Assembly (NCBI GenBank): GCA_964187785.1
Contig: OZ076420.1
Location: 47,988,001-48,052,000 of the forward strand
DNA: 64,000 nt
DNA from: Amphiscolops sp. MND2022
Lineage: Eukaryota
Direction of reading: 5' to 3'
The notes under the pieces are model-generated. The model did no database searches and was not told where the DNA came from. It worked only from the letters and a program-made list of their open reading frames with translations. Below are positions 27,801 through 38,047 of this stretch, piece by piece (the first letter of the stretch is position 1; each line of letters opens with the position of its first letter). Made by a program: the position numbers and the translations under genes.

Positions 27801-30800
27801 GGCGCCTTTTCCCTTAAGGAAAAAAGCCCGACTCTTACAGTGAGTAGTTTTTTTTTCAGTTGACAATCTCACTCTGAGTGGTCCACTTTTCTTACAATTT
27901 TTGTTCATCTTTCATATTTGTTCATCTTCCATCCGTCGGTTTGTAGAAAACGTTGAATGAGCCTGAATGGCCTCTTTTTGAGTTTTTCGGCATTGTGCGA
28001 CCTAAAAAACACTTTTTTTCGAAAAAAAAATCAAAAATTTTTTTTTGAAAAAAAAAATTTTCCAAATTTTTCCAATAGTTGTTCCTTGAATATTTTTGAG
28101 CCTAAGATATGGCGCCGACTTGGGACGTTCCCGTCTTGTTTCTTTTTCAGCTTACAATCTCATTCTGAATGGTCCACTTTTTACAATTTGTTCATCTGTT
28201 CTGTTGTTCATCTTCGACTAAATTTCTGAAGCCGGAGAGCGGGGGTTCGATTCTCGCACTAAACCATAATATTTTTATGCTTCCAAAAGTACAGCAGGTG
28301 AGACCAAAGGGTCCCCCCTTTGGGTTTTTTCGGCACTCTGCGACTTTTTTCAAAAATTTTCGAATATCATCAAAGGGTACCCCTTGCATTTTTTCCAAGT
28401 TTTCGGTTTGTAAAAAACGTTTAATGGGCCTAAATGACCTCTTTTTGGGTTTTTCGGCACTGTGCGACTTTAACCGGATACTTTTTGAAAAAATATATAT
28501 TTTTTTCAAATGCTTCCAATAGTTGTTTTCGGCTTAGTGAGACTTTTTTTCGCAAAATTTTTCAAATGTCTCCAAAGGGTCCCCATTCATTTTTTCCTAT
28601 TTTTCCAAAGAATGGATGTTCAAAAACTCCCAAATGCCCCCTTTTACATTTGTCGCACTATGCGACTTACCGAGGACCAAAAAAATTCAAAAAAATTTTC
28701 AAAAAATTTTTAATATTTTTTCTATTTTTTCCTCACGTGGGTTTTGTAGAAGAGAATACCTGACACATTGAAGTCCTTTTGCTATTTTTGAGCCTTAGAT
28801 ATGGCGCCGACTTGGGCCGTTCCCGGCTTGTTTTTTCTTCAGACTACAATCTTCACACTGATCGGTCCACTTTTTAGAAACAATCCTGAAACCACCTAAG
28901 GCGCCCAGTCCGGCAAAGGGGCCAAGGCAAACTTAGTGCAAAGGGTCCCCCTTTCATTTTTTTTCTTTTTCAAGGTAACCTACAAAACCGGACGGGACTA
29001 AAGAGTCCCACCTTTCGAGATTTTTTTCGTTTTTTTTTCGGCACTTTGCAACTTTTTTTGAAATTTTTTTGTCTTCAAAGGGTGCCCCCTTTCATTTTTG
29101 ACTTTTTAAACGTAACCTACAAAACCGGCCGAGGCTAAAAGGTCCCCCCTTTTGATTTTTTTCGGCACTGTGCGACTTTTTTTTGAAAATTTTCAAATGT
29201 CCCCACAGGGTCCCCCCTTTGAGTTTTTTGTTATTTTGCAACAGAATGCATGTTTGGAAATCAAAAAGGGTCCCCTTTTTTTCCTTTTTCGGCACTGTGT
29301 GACATTTTCCGAAAAAATTTTTTTTTCGAAAATTTCAAGTTTTTTCCCAAAAAAATGTTTTGCGCATTTTGAGCCTTAGATATAGCGCCGACTTTAGACG
29401 TTCCCGTCTTGTTCGTTGCATTCATGACTGTTTTAAGGTGAAAAGTCATAATCTGGCAATTTTTTCCTAACTGCAATGGAAGCCTGGAAAATAGAGGTGA
29501 CCTCAAAAACTCCGCCGAGTGTTTTAAATAAAAGCGTCTGTCTAAAAAGGTGGGTCTATTTTTGGTCTGCGACTTAGGAATCAAAGGCGGTTATTTTAGT
29601 GCCCTTTTGTCGTGTTTTTTAAGTCTGGTCGAAATGACAATAAACATTGTAACAAAATCTACGAAATGCCAACAAAGGGTCCTCCCTTCCATGTACAAAC
29701 ATACTTATTGGGATTTCAGGTCATATGTGGGTTCATTTTCTGTCACTGTGTGACTTTTTTTCCGAAATTTTGAATTTTCACAAAGGGTCCCCTCATTGTT
29801 GCTTTGATGTTTTTTGTGGAAAGTTTAGTTTTTGGCCCGTACAAAAGTCCATTGCTTTTGCGTGAAGCACATACGATCGGCAGAACTATGTTAATCACGT
29901 TTTTAAACTGCCGGATAGTGGAAACAGCTGAAAAAGCGAATTTAGCACATTTCGTTAATGATTTTGGCATACAAATAAAAGAAGGAGCAAACTCGACTAT
30001 TTGAGCGAAGTGGAAATGACGTCAACAACGAAATCGTTCGAATCATGCTAAGACAGAATTCAATTCGTAGAGCGAATTTTACTAAGCTTTTCCTTTGAGA
30101 GAAAATGAGGGGCATGTGAAAAAACACCACCCCCCGTCCCAGAGAACTACCCAACCGATCCGGCTGAAATTTGGAACACGTATACCTGAGCTGTTATGCT
30201 ACTCGTTTATGAAAACGGCACCGAGCCAAGATCCCCCAGCCCCGACCTTTTATCACCGGAAGTGACCTAGGTCGACCCCTATGAACTATGAACTCATCGG
30301 CCAAGCACGGAATAAGTCATGTAATATATGGAATTGGTAGCCTATGGAATATTAAGCCGTTTGCGCATAATTTCGAAACGGTACGACCCGTAAGAAGAGC
30401 ACGGACCCTATGTCAATAAACCCCGAATGTTATGTAAATAGCCACCAGTCGACCCGAGGGTTATGAAACTTGCCCAAGATGTTCACCTAGCAACCTTAAG
30501 TAATATACATGAAAGATACATAAATTGGTCCACCACGCGCGGAGTAATGTTTGTTCAAGGCACGCGGGCACGGAGGCACGGGCCCGACCGATAGATGACA
30601 TTTGACCTTGGCTTGTAATATATCAAACGAACCAGAATGATCAATGTAGTCAATTTATAACGTGAATGAAACCGTATTTCTAACCCATGTGGGGGTAACC
30701 GCCCTAAGTAAACAAACTATACGCATATCATGTAATTCGGGAATCATTGACCCTAGGATGATATAACATGGCATAGAGCAACCTTATATGATGACAAAGA

Positions 30801-33800
30801 ACTCCAAGGTCATGGATGTACCTCAAGGTCATTCTAGATGCAACCCCTGAGGAGATAGGAAAACGTACATTAAAACATGTAAATCAGCGTCTTTAAGTGA
30901 TAATTTATGCAATTCAGTCAGGCGAGAAGATTTGCAATGCAACGTACTTAGAATAACGGAAAAGTACACCTTACGCGTAGAGAACATGTAAACCATGTAG
31001 TTGAAGGTCATTGAGCAATTTCTTGGATGTTGAAAATATCTCGGGTGACTTCAATTAAAATTGATATGTGAACTTTGTACAACCATTGTTGAATTATTTA
31101 TCGCTGTCGGCAAAGAATGTTCAGCCGAAGAATAACCAAGGCGTTCGCCTAGCCATAAAAGTAATAGTAAACATGAAGGTAAACTCATGCAAATTTAAGA
31201 CGTCGACGCCCTGTATGTAACGAAGATGTCAAGTATGATAGAAAGTGAAGATGAAACCACCCAAAACACGCGAGACGAACAAGTATAATTGAGGCGGATC
31301 TGAAATACACTGAAAAGACACAACCGAGTTAGAGACCTACAAGCAAGTTGAGCCTCGAGACGGGGGCAAGAAACCTGGCTTCGCTAAGAGAACTGGTTTG
31401 TCGAGTTAGCGATTGTTGTTAAAGAACCAGATTTGACTTTCTTTATAAAAAGTAATTCGATTATTATTTCAACTTTCGTAGTCAATCAAGGAGAGCCGAA
31501 TAACTTGAGCACTAGAGAGACTTTGGATAAGCGAGAACACGATAGAAATAACCAAACTTACTCACCAAAAATCCTTTTTCTGATAGAGTTAGATTCTTGG
31601 GAAAATCTCTCCGCCCTTGGTATCTAAAAATTTCTACATTTTTAATTCGAAAAAGTCTTCCTAAGCGAAAAAAGTTACCCCCCGAGGTTTTGTTCGGCCT
31701 GTGTGACTTTTCCTGGTGAATTTTGCCTTTTCTGATATGTTCAGTGAGACAAAAAGCCTTGAAGAATTGCAAGAAAAACAATTTTTCAGGAAATTTTATT
31801 CGCGAATCAAATAAAAATTAAAACTTTTTTGTTTCACTTTGTTAGTTATATCACTTTGTATGTTTCGGGTTTTTAGCATATTTCAAAATTTCCGTACTAT
31901 ATCTTGGGAACTTCTCTTCGAACCGACAAACGCTTCTTCGAAGCGAAGAGACAAATTTTGCAGCAGTGAGTCCTTTCATTAACTTTCAGTTCTAAAACTT
32001 GCCACTTAATACTAAAATTTGCAACAAAGCACGTCCCAAATTTTTGCTGTACCTTCCCAGTGTTCGACATCTTGAATATCTTGCCAAGATCTTGCCAAGC
32101 TCTTTCCAGATCTTTCAAGATGATGTGGATTTACATAACATACGTGACAGGACTCACGGCGAGAACGTGGCCTCCATCGAGTCCCAAAAAGAGCAGATCA
32201 ACAAGTCAAAACCAAACAAAAAACATACGGAACAGAAGTGTCCCGTCTCGGAAATTTTGGAGAAAACAATACTTGTATCCAGAAGAAGAAACACCTAAAT
32301 CTGAAACTACACCAAGTGACGGTTTAGGAAACTGAAAAAGAAAACGTCAATAAAATATTTGTCCAACATGTAGTTCTTCTGCAAGCAACGCTCCCAGAAA
32401 CTGAACAATGTCCTTACTCTGAGGTGGAGGCTGTCATATATTCAAGATCCAAGATCTTACCAAGATTTCCAAGATCTTGTCAAGATATTCAATACATCAA
32501 ACGCTGGGTTGATACCCTAGTGAAATCGCACACTGTGTAACCCTTCTAATGATATTCATTTTTTCTTTTGACTTTAAAAGGTAGTTGTTGTAGGTGTCAA
32601 TCCAGAACGTGATTAATGACGTGCACGTTCTGAACAAGAGCAACAGTCCCCGAGGAGACACTCCCATCTACCTGGCCCAGTTCCTCACCTCGGCCGCCGA
32701 CGACAAACACGGCCAGCTCTCAGTGATCAGACCGCCACTTGGTATGTCCACTACTTACCATTTTCCCCGCCCCCACAATTTATTGTGCAGGGGGAGGAAA
32801 ATCACCATCTGAGTAGCGTTTTTTTCCAAATTCTGCCAAATCTCCATTTTAATTCTCCATTTAGTATGTGGAAATTTTACCCAGTTGATAGTGCGTACTG
32901 CGTCCGCCTGGAAGACAGGAGGTCATAGGTTCGAGCCCGGGCTGGAGCCTGGTATTTTTGTGACGGAAAAATCTCGGTGCTTAGTGGGCGTGTCGGATTT
33001 TGGTAATTTTACTAAAATTTGCAACAAAGCACGTCCCAAATTTTTGCTGTACCTTCCCAGTGTTCGAGGTTTTAAAAAACGACGTTAAATGCGCTAAAGC
33101 GCGTTATTTCGCAGTCTGCAAAGTTTAATGTGTCACTCTGGATTGCATGCCCAGGTGTACAGTAACTATTTCGTGGTCCGACCAAGGGGGACCTCTGGCT
33201 TCAAAGACTCTCCAAATGATTTGTTGGAACAGGGTCGAGTCTGGGTTTGGATTTTTCATTAGGGGCCAGATGTTTTTCGTATGGTTGTCTTGGCTCAGGG
33301 GTTATTTTGTTTTGGGCCAGAGATTTCGTTGCAAGGTTTTGTCAGCCGTTTCTCTCCTGTCATACCCGGAACCAGTTCTTGCCGCGGACTAACCTTATGA
33401 CTCTTTATACCCCCGATACCGACTAAAAGGATATTCGATTTCATGGGAATAAGACAAAACTGTACAAAATTTTCTTGTCATAGAGTCTGCAAACGCCTAT
33501 TTTTTTAGTACACTTGTGTGACGTATGGCTTGAAGGCGAGGAATAAGTTATACTTACTGAAGTATCGAATATGGCAACATTCATTACAAATTCTGAACTC
33601 ATATCTTTTCCGATATATTCAAAATCACTATAAGTGATCAAGAAGCAAATTATTGATGCACGAATCCAAGATTACAAACTGTTTGCGCTGGTATAAACTA
33701 AAAACTTGAACGTTTTTGCTTAAAAATTGAAATCAAAAATCATTCAATTCAATTTCAGAATACTACCAGAACCTAAATCGAGACGTGAGCGAGATGCAAC

Positions 33801-34982
33801 TGCCAGATTCTATCCAACAAGAACTCATCTCGCCCTCTGGCGGCGGAGACCACAAACCCGGTTCGAGTCCAGGCACCACCATGTCTCGTAGTAACACATC
33901 CGGAAGCCACTCCGGAAGCATGTCTGTGATCCAGGGCGGGACTCTGCCAGGTGCCCAGGGTGCTGAAGCGACAAGGAGAAACGAGAGTGTAGGTGCATCT
34001 TCTGCGGCGGGGGCTCCTCCCGACCCTGATGAATTTCCAGACGACTTCGCTGAGTCATGGCAAGCTGTAGTGAAGTACGTTCACACATGTTCAATGTTCA
34101 TTAACGATCTTGGATGGTCATGGTATCCTTGCCAAGATCATGGCCTGATCATGGCATGATCTTGGCAAAGCTAGCAAAGAACTTGCCATGGACCTTGGCA
34201 AGGGTACCATGGCTTCGAACATTGGGCAGAATTTAATGCTTTCTGGAAATTACTGGATGTTGATCCATGAAAATTTTTGTTGTTGGACTCCTTTTGAGCA
34301 GAAGGGGTGTATCTAAAGAGGTCCTGTAGAAAAGACAGGAAATGTGGAATATGTTACCAAACATACAATTTAGGAATCTCGTTTTTCAGGATCTCGTTTG
34401 TTTGCCTGCTCGTTTCTGTATATAAAATGCGGTGGTGTGTCAGAATATTTGCGCATATTAGCGTCATTTCTCTAAAAAAGAAACACATGAATCACATTGC
34501 TTTCTTTGGATGTTACTTGCAACTAATAAAACTTTTGGACGCTATTTCTTTGGACGGTATCTCTTTTGACGTTATTTACCGTCCCCGGGGAAACAGGTTT
34601 TTCAGACCGAAGCCTTGCAGACATTTCAATCAGAAACCTACAAACATTTCAGTCCCGCAGACTTTTTTAAACCTTAAAAGAATCTATTAGAACTGAATAT
34701 CATTGCACAAAATTTTATAATACGCTAAAATTTGCCCTAAAGTTTCTTCTTTCATGCTCAATTTCCTTCCTTCTTTCTCAACTATTCATTTTTTCTCCCT
34801 ACTTCAGATTCACCTTCAGTCCTAGTGAACTATACCCCGGGGACGACATCAGTTACATGTTGCCTATTTCGACGGGGGAGAGAGTAACTGTTATTGAGAG
34901 CCTAGAGAACGACTGGTGCTTTGCTGAGAACCAAAAGGGCGACAGAGGTCACGTTCCTGTTTCCTACCTGGAACACGCCTAA
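15866..34982 (+). CDS. Multi-exon F-BAR + HR1-like coiled coil + SH3 protein (FNBP1/CIP4/NOSTRIN-like architecture)
   Basis: Phase-consistent exons: 15866-16055, 17143-17350/4, 18169/73-18298, 22295-22430, 24638-24882, 25561-25684, 26519-26685, 32110-about 32200 (3' end unresolved), 32594-32741, 33759-34074, 34808-34982. FCH-like DKEFVDYVSKYCQMVKVFASDLDKLRSKY; F-BAR end AIDPAKEEVAFVKANTTKG; SH3 WQAVVKFTF..GERVTVIESLENDWCFAENQKGDRGHVPVSYLE. Confidence 0.85.
16303..16888 (+). mobile_element. HINE/DINE-1-like element in intron 1 of the F-BAR gene
   Basis: 5' tagtcggcgc..cctgacta palindrome, gggtccccc subrepeats, 3' gcgccgactt plus agacg-ttcc-cgtct hairpin plus tgttt. Confidence 0.7.
18483..20264 (+). 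mobile_element. Mutator (MULE) DNA transposon, internal-deletion derivative
   Basis: TIRs gggaaaacggaaatcggactaaagaaatag and ctatttcgttagtccgaattcctgtctccc. Perfect 9-bp TSD atgcggcgt at 18474-18482 and 20265-20273. Confidence 0.92.
18708..19586 (+). CDS. FLYWCH zinc finger fused in frame to the C-terminal part of a MULE transposase
   Basis: YVHDGYIY..RCRDWKDGCKG..CLH (FLYWCH-like), then GCFFH (CxxH) and RRTNSEVECYH (third catalytic residue). The segment carrying the first two Asp residues is absent. Confidence 0.85.
   Translation: MSSDFEIIEGLKKSTKNYVHDGYIYTKNNSDALKTRLRCRDWKDGCKGTAYIENGKFFVKRKCLHDRDENAINKQKIESKMKDMAGKTFAPSRQIYDEIYTITSVKLNFECQLQGCFFHYEKALWRKWVELGLSRNSENSSVQWLKLLLCLPFLPGDSIENAFFDLAPNKFFGQDVVPEQNEFYQYIEQYWFNKIPRELLSVHGCVRRTNSEVECYHWGLLRKIQLRHPNFWLFVRKLEEIAYSYSVEIEQANDGQDTRRKRCKLSITIDRTVRANEEKEKTQNIRKSSKYD
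20329..20823 (-). pseudogene. Possible decayed LINE apurinic endonuclease remnant
   Basis: LLSITRK..PPYLVLVSETEH resembles the NxxSxxxK..PDIIxLTETW start of APE domains. Weak similarity only. Confidence 0.3.
20948..22118 (+). mobile_element. Two adjacent HINE-like copies (20948-21668 and 21777-22118)
   Basis: Each has a 5' agtcggcgc..ccgact palindrome and a 3' gcgccgactt plus hairpin (gccg-tcct-cggc; agacg-tttt-cgtct). Confidence 0.7.
24063..24425 (+). mobile_element. HINE-like element
   Basis: 5' tagtcggagc..gtcgact and 3' gcgccaactt plus gccg-gtcc-cggc plus ttgttt. Confidence 0.6.
26240..26514 (+). mobile_element. 5'-truncated HINE-like element whose 3' tail abuts the splice acceptor at 26517-26518
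   Basis: gagcc..gccgact..gccg-ttcc-cggc-ttgtttccag followed directly by the exon at 26519. Confidence 0.6.
27575..27655 (-). ncRNA. Degenerate tRNA-like (SINE-head-like) module, CTG anticodon position
   Basis: Reverse complement reads tttgc-ttctgaa-gcaga (anticodon arm) and ggagttcgactc (B box). T and acceptor stems pair poorly. Confidence 0.45.
27682..29413 (+). mobile_element. Tandem HINE-like array: three stacked 5' palindromic modules followed by three bodies, each with a 3' end
   Basis: 5' modules at 27682, 27737 and 27796. 3' hairpin ends near 28140, 28831 and 29413. Confidence 0.7.
32056..32508. mobile_element. CCC...GGG TIR element with TT TSD (CACTA/EnSpm-like) enclosing an exon-like segment
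   Basis: cccagtgttcga and tcaaacgctggg (10 of 12 match). TT at 32054-32055 and 32509-32510. atcttgccaag-type arrays at both ends. Confidence 0.65.
32881..32950 (+). ncRNA. tRNA-like SINE-head module; related copy at about 41840-41905
   Basis: B box ggttcgagccc at 32928 and gggttcgcaccc near 41886. Both are preceded by the same ggggaggaaaatca..aattctgccaaatctcca leader. Confidence 0.5.
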
Positions 34983-36720
34983 TTAGCTAATTAATTAATC
35001 AATTAGATAATTAATTAATTAACTAGTTCGAATTAACTAGGCACAACACTGGTTGCCTCCGTCTGTAACTTGAGGGGGTTTTGTCAAATATTTTTATATA
35101 GACCATTTTCTGGTCTTCGATCTTTTACCAACTCAACTAGTTAATTAATTAGTTCCGATATGGGTTCATTATTTAACTGTCCTTGAGTCGAGTTGAAAAT
35201 TAATCACCGAATTTGAAAATTGTTGGAAAGTATTGGAATTTTTATGGTATTAAAATTTTCAAAAACAAACTAATTTATAATGTATATCAAGCCAACGTTT
35301 TTGCTTTTACATATGTTTTACAATTTACTTTTCATCATTCTTTTTTGAACTTTTTGTCAACAAGTGCCACCCAGCGTTGAATGCCCAGTTAAAATTTTGG
35401 AAAATCTTGACAACTTAGTCAAAATTTGAGATTTATCATGGATAAATTGTCAAGATCTTGGGATATCTAGTGGGATCTTGGATAATGATGAAGATCTTGG
35501 ATTCATTCTTGGACATCTCAGCAAAATATTCGACATTGAAAAACTTACAGGGACTCAGAATTCAGGAAAATTTATTTTGGGTCCATTGCTCTATTTTTCA
35601 AATCCTATCACCTTGAACGGTATCGAGCGAATCTACTATCTAACATTCCAGGGGACTCTCAATCTTCCCATACACATTTATTTGCCGAACAAACGTTCAT
35701 ACTATGTCAAATGGAGCATGGCGTAGTGGTTATAGCATTCCATCTGTATTGAGGCGGTATCAGGTTTGAACCTCTCTTAACTCACCATTGTTGGACCTTA
35801 AACAAGTCCTTCATCCTTAGCTTTGTGGTGTGATCAATGACAAAAAATACCGCGTTTGGCAGAGAAAAAAATAAAAAGCAACGTTGGGCGGTCAGACATT
35901 TGTGACTTTGAGCTTCAAACCGACCATTGCTTGAACATTGGGCTGCAAATATTGTACCATAGCTTGCTATGGGGAGATAGTATCCGGAAGGGAGCCGACT
36001 TAGAAAAGCAGAACTGCTTATTCAGCGTCCACCCACAGAGTTAGGGAAATAAATTTTCTGCAAAGAAGATTTTCTGTAAAAGCGGGACCTTTCGGGTTTT
36101 TTGGAAATCCAGTTTGTTGCAAAATATCAAAAAAAGTGAAGGGGGCCCTTTGGAGACAAAACAAATTTCGAAACTTTTTTGATTTTCGAAAAAAAAACGA
36201 AAAATGACAATTTTGAACATCCTCATAGTGTCGAAATACATAAAAAGGGAGACCATTTGGGCTTTTTGGCACTTTAGTTTGCTGCAAAATATCAAAAAGA
36301 AACTTGAAGGTGGGACCATTTGAAGGCGAAAAAAAGTCGCACAGTGCCGAAAAAGATTCAAACAGTCCAACAGGGCCGATACAAATTGCTCGAAAAGGAC
36401 TCGAACCCGTGACCGCTGGGTTCACCGTAAACCGAATAGAGATTGTACTGACGAGTACACGTGAACGAGTAAAGTCTGTAAAAGGCGGTACATACACGAT
36501 GAGGTCTGTGATCTGACGAAAAAAAAAGAAAAAAACTAGTCACTGTAATAGTCGGGCTCTTTTCACTAGAAAAGCGCCGATTAAAAACACCACCCCTTTC
36601 TTGGGAACCACTTGTCCGATCGCGCTGGAAATTGGCATACATAAACTAGAGGTGTTAGTTGAACTTTCGACTCGGGGCAGTAACCGTGAAACGAAAACCC
36701 ATAACGACAACTTATCTTAA

Positions 36721-36802
36721 GCGACAACTCATATGCGACAACTCATATGCGACAACTCATATGCGACAACTCATATGCGACAACTCATATGCGACAACTC
36801 AT
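36721..36802. repeat. 14-bp tandem array (gcgacaactcatat) x5 plus a partial unit; duplicated near 39787
   Basis: Direct reading. A related motif occurs inverted at the ends of the 54300-55580 element. Confidence 0.95.
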
Positions 36803-37058
36803 CAAATCAAAAAGGCCACAATTCATATTAGGTTTTTCAAGAGTTCACAAATACCCAAAGTATTGTCATAACCATCATAATCACTCAAATCGGAGTCCAC
36901 AGAATTCTCTCTACGGTGATTATTTTAGTTACAACCAGTTGTGATCAACCTCCTGGGGAAGATGTTCTGAAGCTCCTGGGCTATTTGGCTAACTCTACTT
37001 AGATGTGGTCTATCTGACCGAGGGTCACATTTCTGAGTCATCAGTCAGATTTTACTTG

Positions 37059-37255
37059 GATGCAGCCCGTCTGATCAAAAGTCACTCTTCTGAGCTGCAT
37101 ACGCAAACTCACCCGGATGCAATCCGTCTGACCGAAGGTCACGCTTCTAAGTGGTTTGTGCAAACTCACACTGATGCAGTCCGTCTGACCGAAAATCACG
37201 ATTCTGAATTGCTTGCGCAAACTCACTCTGATGCAGTCCGTCTGACCGAAGATCC
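37059..37255 (-). repeat. 57-bp tandem repeats (19-aa units, DxRSDGLHQxEFAQ) in a retroelement 5' gag-like remnant; duplicated at 40125-40321
   Basis: gatgca(g/a)(c/t)ccgtctga recurs every 57 nt. The minus-strand frame is open across the units. Confidence 0.7.
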
Positions 37256-37872
37256 CATTTTGTATTTAAACCAGTTTTCGTTGGTCTTATTGCGTTTTCT
37301 ATCGATGGAAGTACCTTTTCTGCTATGTCAGAGTTAATTACTTCCAAACTTTGAGTGTTTAAGTCAGATTTGAGTTCTTCAAATTGCTGAGACACCTGAG
37401 ATGAGATTTCACAGAGTCTTTCGCTCCAATTGTTTCTACAATCTCGTTTTTCAGGATCTCGTTTGTTTGCCTGCTCGTTTCTGTATATAAAATGCGGTGG
37501 TGTGTCAGAATATTTGCGCATATTAGCGTCATTTCTCTAAAAAAGAAACACATGAATCACATTGCTTTCTTTGGATGTTACTTGCAACTAATAAAACTTT
37601 TGGACGCTATTTCTTTGGACGGTATCTCTTTTGACGTTATTTACCGTCCCCGGGGAAACAGGTTTTTCAGACCGAAGCCTTGCAGACATTTCAATCAGAA
37701 ACCTACAAACATTTCAGTCCCGCAGACTTTTTTAAACCTTAAAAGAATCTATTAGAACTGAATATCATTGCACAAAATTTTATAATACGCTAAAATTTGC
37801 CCTAAAGTTTCTTCTTTCATGCTCAATTTCCTTCCTTCTTTCTCAACTATTCATTTTTTCTCCCTACTTCAG

Positions 37873-38047
37873 ATTCACCTTCAGTCCTAGTGAACTATAC
37901 CCCGGGGACGACATCAGTTACATGTTGCCTATTTCGACGGGGGAGAGAGTAACTGTTATTGAGAGCCTAGAGAACGACTGGTGCTTTGCTGAGAACCAAA
38001 AGGGCGACAGAGGTCACGTTCCTGTTTCCTACCTGGAACACGCCTAA
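37873..38047 (+). CDS. Second copy of the terminal SH3 exon with intact acceptor and stop
   Basis: cttcag|attcaccttc..gaacacgcctaa, apparently identical to 34808-34982. Confidence 0.75.

Noticed and set aside
30120-31400. Large repeat with ccgatc..ctgaaatttgg and caaggtca motifs
   Set aside because: Clearly repeat-like, but I could not define termini or class.
33056-34226. TIR pair cccagtgttcga / tcgaacattggg enclosing exon 33759-34074
   Set aside because: Flanks are TT versus CA (no TSD) and the left end lacks the subterminal array, so it was not called as one element.
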